DNA of 64,000 nt from an uncultured Methanosarcinales archaeon (GCA_964479425.1 CAYZMD010000001.1:936-64935); one strand, 5' to 3'; positions 1-10,160 are shown, numbered from the stretch's first letter. The notes: generated by a model not told the origin, from the sequence alone. A program made the numbers and translations.

Positions 1-3000
1 CTCATTCTAATAAACTTTACCCTTTTAATATATTTTTCATATATATATGGGGCAGCTAAAATTAAAATGAATACTAATAATAACAAAATACCAAATGGTG
101 CAGACGTACAAACGTTTTCTTTTCGTAGGAATGTTGCACAATCTTTAGGACAATTTATTTCAGTTTCTCCATTTCCACAAAATCCATTTCCACATAGGCA
201 TCCTGTAGCATCATATACTTTATCGGGGTTTACTTTTTTACCAATTATAATATATTCTTTATTACATTTAACATCCATATCGTAATATTTAATATTCCCA
301 AGAATAGCTTTATTCTCAATATCTTTATTAATTTCTTCGGCGACAATTTTTTCAATAAGTCTACGCGAAAGTGGATTATCCAATATTTCTGTATGTGTTT
401 CTTCAATATCCCAGAAATTTTCACATCTATTATTTAGGATAACATCATTTATGGATTGTGCACTTTCAATTGATACAATTCCGTCGTTTATTTCTTTATC
501 TCCAAACATTTCTAGTTTTATTAGTTCTTTCCCAAATTGAAAAGTTTTGGTTCCTGCTATAGAATAATATTTAATGTTTGGAACTATTGGCGTATTTTTT
601 CCATTAATTAAATCTTGCATTCCTGGACTATTCACGTCGACTATTGCAGTTCCTGAATTTATATTTGTTAAAAATTGACTTAGAGAAATTAACGTTTCAG
701 CTCCAGGTGTTCCTTTATTTGGAACCCCAACCAGTATTACTTTTTTTATTTTATTTAAATATGTATATGTTCCTGGTTTTTCTAAATTCACAGCATAACT
801 GTAATACAGGGCGTCTCTTGTTACTAGTCCCCCCATTGAATGTGCTACAATATATGCATAATCAAACTCGTTTGCATTGGCTTCTAAGTGATTAGCTAAT
901 TCAACAGCATTTTCTGATACTGCTTTTTCTGTTGGGTATCCAAAGGTCCAAACTTGCCATGGTTGGTTTGTTAGCCTTATATCTTTCAAAATATTTTCAA
1001 AAGTTTTAGGAGAAGACCCAAATCCGTGAACGAGTAACAAAGCATCTCTTACATAATAGTCAGGTTCATAATTTTTCTTTAATGTACTAAACTTACAGTT
1101 TGCACATATTTTTCCTATTTGAGCAATAACAATTTCTTTATTTCTGTCTAAATATTTATAAGGATTTTTTAATTTTGCAACTAGTTTATCTTGCGTTATT
1201 GTCTCTAGTGGCAACCAGGAGTCCTTTGATGTTTTTATATAAAGCTTATTGCTATTACTTTCAATAATATCTTCTTTTATCTCATCAACAGATATTATGA
1301 TTTCTTCACTCAAATTTACATCAGAAGAAATGGCAATTGGATTTCCAAGTATTTTTAATAGGCTATTTTTTGGTTCTCTCACAATATTTTTTGGTTCTCC
1401 ATAAGTAATTGAGGCTTGTTGGTTAAATTGAAGTTCAAACTCATCTTTTCTAATCCTGCTACCACTAAAGACTGTTTCTATAAATTTTTCTTGTCCCAAT
1501 CTTTTTAGATATTTACTTTGTGTACTAAACTCTTTAAACTCTTCTCCACAACTTAAAGAATTAATTTCTTCTAAATTAACTGTCTTACACTCTCCATTAC
1601 AAGCATACGCTTGAATATCTTCATAATTATTAGGCAAAGATAAGCTTAATTTTCCGCTTTGTTCGCATTTTAGTTCAAATTTGTCAATCAAAATATCATA
1701 ACCCAAAGGAATATTAAAATTTAAATCCGAAGAAAATATTTTAAAATTATTTTGATATGATTTTTTGTCTTTTATGCAAGGCATGTTTTCAACATTAACT
1801 GATTTTATGTCAATAGAGCTTTCTAGTCTCTGTTTAAAAATATCAAAAACACTTGTTTCTTTTTCATTAATTATTTGTATTTCCAGCATGACTATGTCTG
1901 AGACAATTCTTCTGAGCTTTACCCTTATGTCAAATATATCATCATCATCTAAATTAATATTAATTATTTCATTAATAGATAAACCAAAATTAAAAGGCGT
2001 ACTTGCTACGGTCATATTAATTTTATATCCAATTTTATTAATTGTTAATTGATGCTCTTTTCCTTTTACACTGAAATTTCTACTTTCAAACTCAGGAATA
2101 TTTAAAAATATTATTTTAATTCCTGTATTTGAAGGAACTTCAGTTCTTGCTTCTTTTTTACATTTATTACAAGGCCCCCCACAGTCAGTTTTTTTCTCTC
2201 CTTGATTTTTTAATCCATCATTACATGTAGCAAGGCATGGCTGGCACGATCCCCCACAATCAGCACCAGTCTCGCCTTGATTTTTAATATTGTCTGTACA
2301 AGTCCCAATACCTGTACACATTCCATTAACACAAATATCTCCATTATTAGGACATCCGCAACTAGAACAATCATTAATTAGATTTAAATTAAAACCACAA
2401 TATTTTGGTTTTTCTATACTGCACTTTTCAACTTTAGTTCCATCTTTACATTCTAAAAAACATGCAGGACAACTTCCTCCACAATCTACATCGAGTTCAT
2501 CCCCATTTTTAATTTTATCTTTGCAGCTAGCGCAAGGTAGACAATTTCCTCCACAATCAATTCCAAGTTCATTTCCATTCTTTACATTGTCTGTACAGCT
2601 AGACATAACACATAAATTTGCAACACAATAATTGCTCAGGCAATCGATATCTAAAGAACAAGTTCTTCCAGCTCCACAGGCTTGACATGGACCTCCACAG
2701 TCTGTGTCCGTTTCTTCCTGATTTAAAATGGTGTCACTACAGCTTGCTTGTCTACATGTATTATCTTTGCAAAATAGACTTAAGCAGTCATAATTTATGT
2801 TACATTTTTCTCCAACTTTACAAGCATAACAACTTCCTCCACAATCTGTGGATGTTTCATCTCCGTTAAAAACTAAATCATTGCAACTTGCTTCTAAGCA
2901 TTTTCCATTGCTACAAAAATTAGAATTACAATCTGAATTTATATTACAGTTTTTATTTAAACTACAGGAAATACAACTTCCTCCACAATCCACATCAGTT

Positions 3001-5795
3001 TCACCCTGATTTAATGAATCATCTCTACAAGATGCAATTTTGCAAACATTATTTACACAATTCTTTGAATTACAATCAGTATCTATATTACAAATTTTAT
3101 CTAATGCACACTTATTACACAATCCTCCACAATCCACATCGCTTTCTTGATTATTCTTAAAATTATCTGCGCAACTTGCTGCAGAACAAGTATTACTTAT
3201 GCAATTATCATTTAAACAATCATTGTTTATATTGCAACTTTTGCCTTCATCACATTTACCACATATTCCTCCACAATCCACATCTGTTTCATCTTGATTC
3301 TGTAAAATATCTATACAGCTCGGAGTGATGCATTTGCCAAATAGACAAAAGTTATTTGAACAGTCTATGTTTGAATTGCATTTATCATTGTCACTACATT
3401 TATTACAACTTCCACCACAATCTACATCACTTTCATCCTGATTTATTATATTGTCAGTACAACTTTCTTGAGTACAAATATTATTTACGCAATTGTTTGT
3501 TATACAATCATCATTTATACTACAACCTTTTCCTGTCTGACACTTGGAACATATTACTCCTCCACAATCTATAAATGTCTCATCTTGATTTTTATTATTA
3601 TCTGTACAAGACGCTGTGTTACATATGTTATTCAAGCAATAATTACTTGCGCAATCTGTACTTATAGAACAACTTTTTCCAAAACCACACCCAATACATA
3701 ATCCTCCACAATCCATATCGCTTTCGTCTTGATTCAATAAATAATCAGAACAACTTTCTTCAAGGCAGATGTTATTAATACATAGGTTGGTCAGGCAATC
3801 ATCGTTTATGCTACAGCTTTTTCCAACATTACATTCGTTACAATTTCCTCCACAATCTACATCACTTTCTCCATAGTCTTTGATGTCATTATTACATCCT
3901 GATTCTACACACTTACCATTCATACACAATCCTGAAGTACAATCCATACTCCATGTACAATCCTTTCCTATATTGCATCCATCACATATTCCTCCACAAT
4001 CTACATCTGTTTCATCTTGATTTCTTATCCCATCACTACATGTTGGGATGTATGTACAACTTTTACTCTCACTATTGTCTCCTGTACAATCATTATTATC
4101 GGGACACAAACAACTACAGCTTCTTATTTGTGTGCCGCCAGGCAAGCAAGTTTCCCAATCACTACAATCCCAACTAGCAGAGCATATTTCTATTTCTGGT
4201 GGTTCATCATTTCCTCCTCCCCCCCCTCCTCCTGTAGATTGAGGTTCATTATCAATTGTAAATCCATGCAAGGTATTTATTTCATTTTCTCCTAAATCTC
4301 TACATACATAAAATTGAAAGTAAGTGTTCCCTTGTAAAACCGTTCTATTTACTTTGTGTAAAGTTCCATTAGACCATGTAAAATTAGCTCCATTTGTAAA
4401 ATTAAAAACAGAAAACCCATATTCACAATTTGCAAATTCGTTAGTAGATATTGTTAATTCTACTCTTGTTGTTGTATATGATAGAGTAACTCCACTATTT
4501 GGATTTTGTATACTTATTATTGGAGTAGTTGTATCAATAGTAAAATTTACATTTGTTGTATTAAGATTGCCTACGGTGTCGTTAGCATAAGCTAAAAGAG
4601 TATTGCTTCCTTCACTAAATATTCTATAAACAGGATTTGTGTATGTTTCATTTTCAGTTCCATTAAAGAACCAAATATTATTTCCATTGCTTGTTATATT
4701 TACTAGAACAGTTACATTATTGTATGTAATATTTTCTGGGGAATTTATTGATATCGTCGGAGCAGTTGTGTCAAATACAATGCTATAATTATCTTCTTCA
4801 CTCCAATTGTTGTTTTCTGCAGAATCATAACCTAAACAATTCCATTCAAATGTATCTTCATAGGGTAATGTATAAGCAAAAGTTGTAGAGTTTGATACTC
4901 CTAATAAATTTGTTGTGTTAGTATGTATATTATCTTCAGTTGAATTCCATAAATAAAGTGTTAAATTAGCAATACTTGTATCATCTGTAATATTACAGTT
5001 AAATGTTTGTAATGCTGTTGAAGTAACTGTTGCATTTATAGGATTTATTAAATGGATAGTTGGATCAACTATATCTTGTTCATTCTCACTAGTTACCAAT
5101 ATCAATTCAGGAGAATAAGTAATATTTTCTTTCGAATAAAAAGAACAACTACAATTAGAATTCTGATCTCTCCATAATCCAAAAGAGATTATTTTATCTC
5201 CATTTAAAACTTCTATTGTGTAATTGGTTACGTTATATGACATTGTTACCAAAACCAATGCTAAATCTTTATTATCAATTTTTGTACCTAAATTTGGTTT
5301 ATTTGCCCATAACAAAGTACTTTCTAACCATGAATCATCATTAACTTTGTATAATGCAACTTTATTATATTGTGAATCACAGTAGACGTTTCTAACGTTC
5401 ACAACCAAATTTAAAGTTGCATTGATTATATTACTTGAGTTATAGTCTGAAATATTAAATTTTAAAAATGATTGTCTATGAAAGCTAGTGCTATCCCATT
5501 CATCATTATCAACAGTTAATGGTTCTCCGTCATGGTTTGTGTCTCCGTAGAAAATACTTCCACAATATGCATCATCTGTTGGAATAATTCTTACATTGGT
5601 TTCGCTTATTTTTGTCTCTGGAATAAAACCCATAATATTAGACATATCTTCTTTTTCATTAATTAAATTTGTAAAATTAACACTATTATTATCGACAGTT
5701 GCCATTCCCGTTATCCCTGATCCTGTAAATATCATATTCAAAAGTAGCAAAAGAATTCCCCATTCCATGATTTCTTCTACTATTTTTTTATTCAT
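1..5795 (-). CDS. Giant secreted/membrane-anchored multidomain surface protein (partial, C-terminus beyond window start): signal peptide, NxS/T-rich region, poly-Gly hinge, ~13 Cys-rich 48-aa repeats, lipase-like alpha/beta-hydrolase domain, C-terminal TM anchor
   Basis: ATG at 5795-5793 overlaps the stop of the upstream gene (ATGA). By-eye translation runs without a stop to position 1, with frame consistent at both ends. The ORF track lists no minus ORF here, which is expected only if the ORF is open at the window edge. N-term MNKKIVEEIMEWGILLLLLNMIFTGSG. Repeats carry DVDCGG. LLVHGFG lies at ~1018-1035 and GxSxG AHSMGG at ~830-847. C-terminal TM APFGILLLLVFILILAAPYIY at ~50-110. Confidence 0.8.
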   Translation of the reverse strand, partial: MNKKIVEEIMEWGILLLLLNMIFTGSGITGMATVDNNSVNFTNLINEKEDMSNIMGFIPETKISETNVRIIPTDDAYCGSIFYGDTNHDGEPLTVDNDEWDSTSFHRQSFLKFNISDYNSSNIINATLNLVVNVRNVYCDSQYNKVALYKVNDDSWLESTLLWANKPNLGTKIDNKDLALVLVTMSYNVTNYTIEVLNGDKIISFGLWRDQNSNCSCSFYSKENITYSPELILVTSENEQDIVDPTIHLINPINATVTSTALQTFNCNITDDTSIANLTLYLWNSTEDNIHTNTTNLLGVSNSTTFAYTLPYEDTFEWNCLGYDSAENNNWSEEDNYSIVFDTTAPTISINSPENITYNNVTVLVNITSNGNNIWFFNGTENETYTNPVYRIFSEGSNTLLAYANDTVGNLNTTNVNFTIDTTTPIISIQNPNSGVTLSYTTTRVELTISTNEFANCEYGFSVFNFTNGANFTWSNGTLHKVNRTVLQGNTYFQFYVCRDLGENEINTLHGFTIDNEPQSTGGGGGGGNDEPPEIEICSASWDCSDWETCLPGGTQIRSCSCLCPDNNDCTGDNSESKSCTYIPTCSDGIRNQDETDVDCGGICDGCNIGKDCTWSMDCTSGLCMNGKCVESGCNNDIKDYGESDVDCGGNCNECNVGKSCSINDDCLTNLCINNICLEESCSDYLLNQDESDMDCGGLCIGCGFGKSCSISTDCASNYCLNNICNTASCTDNNKNQDETFIDCGGVICSKCQTGKGCSINDDCITNNCVNNICTQESCTDNIINQDESDVDCGGSCNKCSDNDKCNSNIDCSNNFCLFGKCITPSCIDILQNQDETDVDCGGICGKCDEGKSCNINNDCLNDNCISNTCSAASCADNFKNNQESDVDCGGLCNKCALDKICNIDTDCNSKNCVNNVCKIASCRDDSLNQGETDVDCGGSCISCSLNKNCNINSDCNSNFCSNGKCLEASCNDLVFNGDETSTDCGGSCYACKVGEKCNINYDCLSLFCKDNTCRQASCSDTILNQEETDTDCGGPCQACGAGRTCSLDIDCLSNYCVANLCVMSSCTDNVKNGNELGIDCGGNCLPCASCKDKIKNGDELDVDCGGSCPACFLECKDGTKVEKCSIEKPKYCGFNLNLINDCSSCGCPNNGDICVNGMCTGIGTCTDNIKNQGETGADCGGSCQPCLATCNDGLKNQGEKKTDCGGPCNKCKKEARTEVPSNTGIKIIFLNIPEFESRNFSVKGKEHQLTINKIGYKINMTVASTPFNFGLSINEIININLDDDDIFDIRVKLRRIVSDIVMLEIQIINEKETSVFDIFKQRLESSIDIKSVNVENMPCIKDKKSYQNNFKIFSSDLNFNIPLGYDILIDKFELKCEQSGKLSLSLPNNYEDIQAYACNGECKTVNLEEINSLSCGEEFKEFSTQSKYLKRLGQEKFIETVFSGSRIRKDEFELQFNQQASITYGEPKNIVREPKNSLLKILGNPIAISSDVNLSEEIIISVDEIKEDIIESNSNKLYIKTSKDSWLPLETITQDKLVAKLKNPYKYLDRNKEIVIAQIGKICANCKFSTLKKNYEPDYYVRDALLLVHGFGSSPKTFENILKDIRLTNQPWQVWTFGYPTEKAVSENAVELANHLEANANEFDYAYIVAHSMGGLVTRDALYYSYAVNLEKPGTYTYLNKIKKVILVGVPNKGTPGAETLISLSQFLTNINSGTAIVDVNSPGMQDLINGKNTPIVPNIKYYSIAGTKTFQFGKELIKLEMFGDKEINDGIVSIESAQSINDVILNNRCENFWDIEETHTEILDNPLSRRLIEKIVAEEINKDIENKAILGNIKYYDMDVKCNKEYIIIGKKVNPDKVYDATGCLCGNGFCGNGETEINCPKDCATFLRKENVCTSAPFGILLLLVFILILAAPYIYEKYIKRVKFIRM
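2150..4060 (-). repeat. Tandem ~144-nt (48-codon) intragenic coding repeats, about 13 copies, each encoding an 8-Cys module: SCxDNxKNQDETDVDCGGxCxKCxxGKxCxxNxDCxSNxCxNNxC
   Basis: Plus-strand motif tcctccacaatc (revcomp gattgtggagga = DCGG) recurs at ~2471, 2538, 2690, 2838, 2980, 3124, 3265, 3412, 3558, 3702, 3846 and 3994, i.e. a 141-152 nt period from 2538 onward. Confidence 0.8.
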
Positions 5796-6259
5796 TTTTT
5801 CTTTGCCCTATTATATGCTGTCCAGATTGTTTTTGGGTTTCTGTCTATCAATCTAGCAATATCTGTAAATCCTAAGTCATATTCTTTTTTTAGAAATACT
5901 GACATTGATTCTAAAGCAGATAATTTTTTCTTAAAAAACATTTTAATAGGAATATCAAAATCAGAATCATAAACGGTTATTTTATCTTTATTTTTTGCAT
6001 TATTATATGTTGTCCATATTGTTCTGTCGTCTCTATTCAAAATCTTAGCAATTTGACTATATTTATATTTACAATTTTCTTTAAGATATTTAACAACACT
6101 TTCTAGTATACTTAATTCTTTTGTAAAAGCAGATAAAGGAATTTTTTCTCTTCTTTCTTTTAATGAATTTGATTTGTTACTTAATTTTTTAAGAAGCATT
6201 TCTATTAATACCTCTTTATCTACGTTCTCTAGAACTTTTGCAATATTCTCTTTTTTCAT
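5792..6259 (-). CDS. Tandem helix-turn-helix domain protein (two ~45-aa HTH repeats, sigma-70 region 4/LuxR-like), putative DNA-binding regulator
   Basis: Internal duplication LSxLESxVKYLKE...IAKILNRDDRTIWTTYNNAK and LSALESMSVFLKK...IARLIDRNPKTIWTAYNRAKKK. Its stop overlaps the start of the giant gene (tcat at 5792-5795). Confidence 0.55.
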   Translation of the reverse strand: MKKENIAKVLENVDKEVLIEMLLKKLSNKSNSLKERREKIPLSAFTKELSILESVVKYLKENCKYKYSQIAKILNRDDRTIWTTYNNAKNKDKITVYDSDFDIPIKMFFKKKLSALESMSVFLKKEYDLGFTDIARLIDRNPKTIWTAYNRAKKK

Positions 6260-6279
6260 TAAACATTATTATTTTTGTA

Positions 6280-6300
6280 GTTTTTATATATAAATATTTC
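6280..6300 (-). promoter_or_regulatory. Putative archaeal TATA/BRE promoter for the HTH-giant surface protein operon
   Basis: Minus-strand sequence aaatatttatatataaaaactac lies ~25-40 nt upstream of the ATG at 6259, in an AT-rich 233-bp intergenic region. Confidence 0.3.
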
Positions 6301-6492
6301 CTTATTTCATAGAATAATTACTTAATTTATAGGTTATCCTATCGATTCTTACTGTATTTATATCAATATTTACCTATTATGTTATGTTTCTATCCTATTC
6401 TATAATAATTTCCACATTTTTATATATGTATATAACATGTTTTCGTATGTATTTGTCTTAAATTAGGATAATAAATACTTAATATGTAAGAA

Positions 6493-7716
6493 TTAAATTA
6501 CATTTATACAATCTGTTGCTAAATTCCCAATTACAATTTCCTGTTCTTGTTGAACATTTTTGTCAATGCCTATTACGTTGTTTAAGACATTAATCATCTT
6601 TCCAGAAATCATAAAATCTTTGATTGGTTTTCCATTATATATTGCATGTTCTACTTGCACGGAAAAATCAGAAGTTAATGAATTACCTGTATGTGCTCCC
6701 ATAATAGATTCTATTAATAATCCGTTTGGAATTTTATTTTTGTCTGAATTAAAGTATACATTGCTAAAGGCAATTCCTCCACCAGAACTATTTCCTGTTG
6801 TTTTTGTCTTTGTATGTGTTGCAGTATTATGATCGAAAATAAAATTTTTCAATTTTCCTTTATCTACTATGCACGTATTTTTACTTGCTGTTCCTTCATC
6901 GTCAAAACTACTTGCTTGCATTCCTTTTAATCCATTATCATGTATAGATATATTTTTCATAATATTTTCATTAATTTTTCCACAGAACAAACTTTTGTGT
7001 TTTTCTACATTCTTTCCATTAAAATTATCAAGTAAACTATATTTTGCTAATTCTGAAAAAACTTCAGGGTTTAAAATTACAACTTTTGGTTTATCACTTA
7101 ATTTTTTAGCATTAAGATAAAACAATGTTTTTTCGTTTACTCCTTGTCCCCAGCCACTTGATGTAAAAAACTGATTGCTTTCTTTGTCGTCAAACCAACT
7201 ACAGACCTTTCCTTTATGTTTTGCAACTGTACTTACTCCAATTCCATATTCTGTAGATTTTTCGCAGATATTTATTCCATTAGAATTAAGAATACAATTT
7301 TCGCTTACATTTGTTTGAACAGCCCCACTACTTAAAATTACATTATCTTTAACAATATCTTTTATTATTTTTCTTGCTTCGTCTACTAATATACTTTCGT
7401 CGATATTTGCAAGTTTTTTATCAAAGTTATTTATTTTCTTATATTTGTCTAGGTTGGGTATTCCATAAAAATATTCTTTATTTGCATTTAATTTTGCAAT
7501 TTTGATTGCTTTTTTTACTAATTCTTTATTGAGTTTATTTCCGCTTGCAAACCCTTCTTTATTATTTTTCCAAACCCTTATTGAATATAATGCTGTTTCT
7601 TTTTCCTGAAATGATTTAATGCTATTATTTTCTATGCTTAGAGATTTTTCTTGATTTTTATCTATATTTACTTGAATATGATCTACAAAATTATCTGCAT
7701 ATTTGATTACATTCAT
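6493..7716 (-). CDS. tldE: TldE/PmbA family metalloprotease component
   Basis: PmbA/TldD-fold C-terminal region (GAHTGNSLTSDFSV...). The internal ATG (MNVIKYADNF) gives an ATGA overlap with the tldD stop. The ORF-track start at 7797 is an upstream extension. Confidence 0.7.
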   Translation of the reverse strand: MNVIKYADNFVDHIQVNIDKNQEKSLSIENNSIKSFQEKETALYSIRVWKNNKEGFASGNKLNKELVKKAIKIAKLNANKEYFYGIPNLDKYKKINNFDKKLANIDESILVDEARKIIKDIVKDNVILSSGAVQTNVSENCILNSNGINICEKSTEYGIGVSTVAKHKGKVCSWFDDKESNQFFTSSGWGQGVNEKTLFYLNAKKLSDKPKVVILNPEVFSELAKYSLLDNFNGKNVEKHKSLFCGKINENIMKNISIHDNGLKGMQASSFDDEGTASKNTCIVDKGKLKNFIFDHNTATHTKTKTTGNSSGGGIAFSNVYFNSDKNKIPNGLLIESIMGAHTGNSLTSDFSVQVEHAIYNGKPIKDFMISGKMINVLNNVIGIDKNVQQEQEIVIGNLATDCINVI

Positions 7717-9065
7717 TGTCCGCCCACCCTTGCTTTTTTTATTAGTATGCTTGGACAAGGACCATATACTGGAACGTATTGTCCTCCTTTTCCACAATGT
7801 CCTGCAAAACTAGGTTCATATTCGTCAGATATCATTGTAATATCATTAAGTATTTTTAAGGTATTTCCTGATAGGCTAACTCCTTTTAATCTTCCTTTAA
7901 GTTCTCCTCTTTCTATGGCAAAGCCTTCTTGTGCTGAGAATGTAAAATTACCAGTTGTTGGATCAACCTGTCCTCCAACGCTTCCTTTTAGAAAAACTCC
8001 TTTCTTTACATTGGAAATAATATCTTCAAATTTATCTTTACCCTTTTTTATATATGTATTTGACATTCTTACTTGAGGCAAAAATGATGCAGATTGAGCT
8101 CTTGCATTTCCTGTTGGCATTGCGTTTAATTTTGCTGCAGTTTCTCTTGAATGCATAAGACCTTTAAGAATTCCTTTTTCAATTAATGTCGTTTTTTGTG
8201 CAGGTATTCCTTCATCATCGTAAAAATAACTACCCCATAAATTAGGCATTGTTGCATCATCATATATATTAATGAATTCTGGAGCTATTTTTTTTCCGCT
8301 TAGTCCTTTTAGACAGCTACTATTTTGTAAAATTTGATCTGCTTCTGCTGCATGCCCTAGTGCTTCATGTATAAAAACATCAGTCAAGGAGCCGTCACAA
8401 ACAACAGGTATATTTCCTGCTTTTGAATGCTTGGCGTTTAACATTTCTAGCGCCGTTTGTGTTGAGCTTTTTATTAACTCTGGCATTCTTTTTGTAACTT
8501 CATATCCTCTTAATTCCCCAACTCTTCCAAAGAAGTTCTCTATTTTATCATTCTTTTTTGTTGTTACTGAAGCTCCAATCATAGTATACTTTAGATTTTG
8601 TTGTATTTCGCTACCTTCAGAATTTACAAATAATAGTTTTTTATCAATTTCATTATAATTAACTAGACAGTTTTTTACTTTATCGTCTTTAATTTTGCTA
8701 TTTTTTAGGACTAGTTTCTTTTTTTCTTCTAGTGTAACATTTTGATTATCTATTTTCCATTTACTTTTTACATTCTTTTTTATTCTTTTTGTTTCAGCGA
8801 ATTCTCTTTTTTCTGTAGTATTTTTATCCATTAATTTAGCAATTTTTAACGCTTTTTTAACTCCTTTCTCAATATTATTAGAATATACAAAACCTTGTCC
8901 ATTGCCAGATATTATTCTAATGGAACTTCCTTGTCTTTGATTAGAATCAAAATTCTTGATATGGTTGTTCCAAGCAGAAACAGATAAATTATCTATATCT
9001 TGTCTTCTAAAGTCCCAATATTTAACATTCTCTTTTTTTAATAGTTTAGAAATTTTATTATACAT
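7713..9065 (-). CDS. tldD: TldD metalloprotease
   Basis: HEALGHAAEAD (HExxxH) zinc motif. TldD-like length (450 aa). Immediately upstream of the tldE/pmbA partner. Confidence 0.75.
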   Translation of the reverse strand: MYNKISKLLKKENVKYWDFRRQDIDNLSVSAWNNHIKNFDSNQRQGSSIRIISGNGQGFVYSNNIEKGVKKALKIAKLMDKNTTEKREFAETKRIKKNVKSKWKIDNQNVTLEEKKKLVLKNSKIKDDKVKNCLVNYNEIDKKLLFVNSEGSEIQQNLKYTMIGASVTTKKNDKIENFFGRVGELRGYEVTKRMPELIKSSTQTALEMLNAKHSKAGNIPVVCDGSLTDVFIHEALGHAAEADQILQNSSCLKGLSGKKIAPEFINIYDDATMPNLWGSYFYDDEGIPAQKTTLIEKGILKGLMHSRETAAKLNAMPTGNARAQSASFLPQVRMSNTYIKKGKDKFEDIISNVKKGVFLKGSVGGQVDPTTGNFTFSAQEGFAIERGELKGRLKGVSLSGNTLKILNDITMISDEYEPSFAGHCGKGGQYVPVYGPCPSILIKKARVGGQ

Positions 9066-9143
9066 ATTAAAATAAAAAAATAAGACATTAATAAACTTTA
9101 CCCTATTATTAATGAATCTTTGACTTTTTGTGTTACATTAAGC

Positions 9144-10160
9144 TCATAGATAAGCTTCATCATACAATTTTTGATTTTTTTCTAAAGCTTCACGAAGTGG
9201 CGTAATTAATTTAATTATTTCTTCAGCAACACCCTGCTTTAAATCAACTGAAGCTAATTCTTTCGCAGCAAAAGCTTCTTCTGCGTCTTCATAAGTTTTA
9301 AAAGTGATTTCTCCACCATATTCTTCTGGTCTATTAATTATAAAATTTCTTTTTTCTTTTTCAAGTTTATAGAAAATAATACTTTTAAGAATTGCTAAAA
9401 CTCCATTTGCTTCTATAATACCATCAACGCAAGCTGCTTTGTTAATCTTTTTTCTAATTTGTTTATCGGTATCTGAAAAATCAATTTTTGAGTTTGGTTC
9501 GGATGATGACATTTTTCCACTTTCACTAAGTCCCGGAATCATTGCATTCATTAAGTGTGATCTTTTAGGATAACCAACTTTAGGTAAAAATTCTCTAGCA
9601 AACATGAATATTTTTCTTTGATCCACTCCTCCAAATTGAACATCAACATCTAAATATTGTTCATCTAGTGATTGTAAAATAGGATAAAGAAGTCCAGACA
9701 GCTTGGGAGTTTCTAGTTGTTTTACAACTTCTGCTCCTGCTCTTTTTGTATCTCGAGTTGAAGCAAGGGCACTTATTTTGTATACATCCAATGTATATTC
9801 TTTGCTTAATTGAAATTCAGTACCTTTAACAAAATTTAATTTATTTATAGATACTCCAACACTTTTTAGCATTTCTTTAATTATGAATTCATAATAATTT
9901 GTTCTTTTCTCTAGTAGATCCCAATTACTCTTCATGTTATCTAAATATGCGTGAATATTAGCAAATAATATTTTTACTTCGCAACCTGCTTCTAGGAAGT
10001 CTGCAATTTTTAACATAGGAACAAAATATCCTAAATGAGGCGCTCCAGTAGGTGCAGTTCCCCAATAAATTTTAAGGTCTCTTTTATTGAGAATTTCTTT
10101 AATATTGTCTTCTCCAACAACTTCTTGTAAATTTCGAGTAATAAGCGCATATTTATCCAT
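9144..10160 (-). CDS. tyrS: Tyrosyl-tRNA synthetase (archaeal type)
   Basis: Class I motifs PHLGY (HIGH-like) and KMSSS. The region [32 protein letters not shown] matches archaeal TyrRS. 338 aa. Confidence 0.85.
   Translation of the reverse strand: MDKYALITRNLQEVVGEDNIKEILNKRDLKIYWGTAPTGAPHLGYFVPMLKIADFLEAGCEVKILFANIHAYLDNMKSNWDLLEKRTNYYEFIIKEMLKSVGVSINKLNFVKGTEFQLSKEYTLDVYKISALASTRDTKRAGAEVVKQLETPKLSGLLYPILQSLDEQYLDVDVQFGGVDQRKIFMFAREFLPKVGYPKRSHLMNAMIPGLSESGKMSSSEPNSKIDFSDTDKQIRKKINKAACVDGIIEANGVLAILKSIIFYKLEKEKRNFIINRPEEYGGEITFKTYEDAEEAFAAKELASVDLKQGVAEEIIKLITPLREALEKNQKLYDEAYL

Noticed and set aside
2150-4060. Regular ~144-nt periodicity considered as a possible CRISPR-like array.
   Set aside because: No short identical direct repeats separated by unique spacers. 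The periodicity is in-frame coding repeats (48 codons) within one ORF.
67-4590. Numerous 60-110 aa plus-strand ORFs in the ORF track (e.g. 644..895, 2290..2631, 3356..3701, 4017..4295, 4324..4590).
   Set aside because: All lie antisense to, or out of frame with, the giant minus-strand gene. They are low-complexity and repeat-derived (shadow ORFs of the Cys-repeat array), with no independent support.
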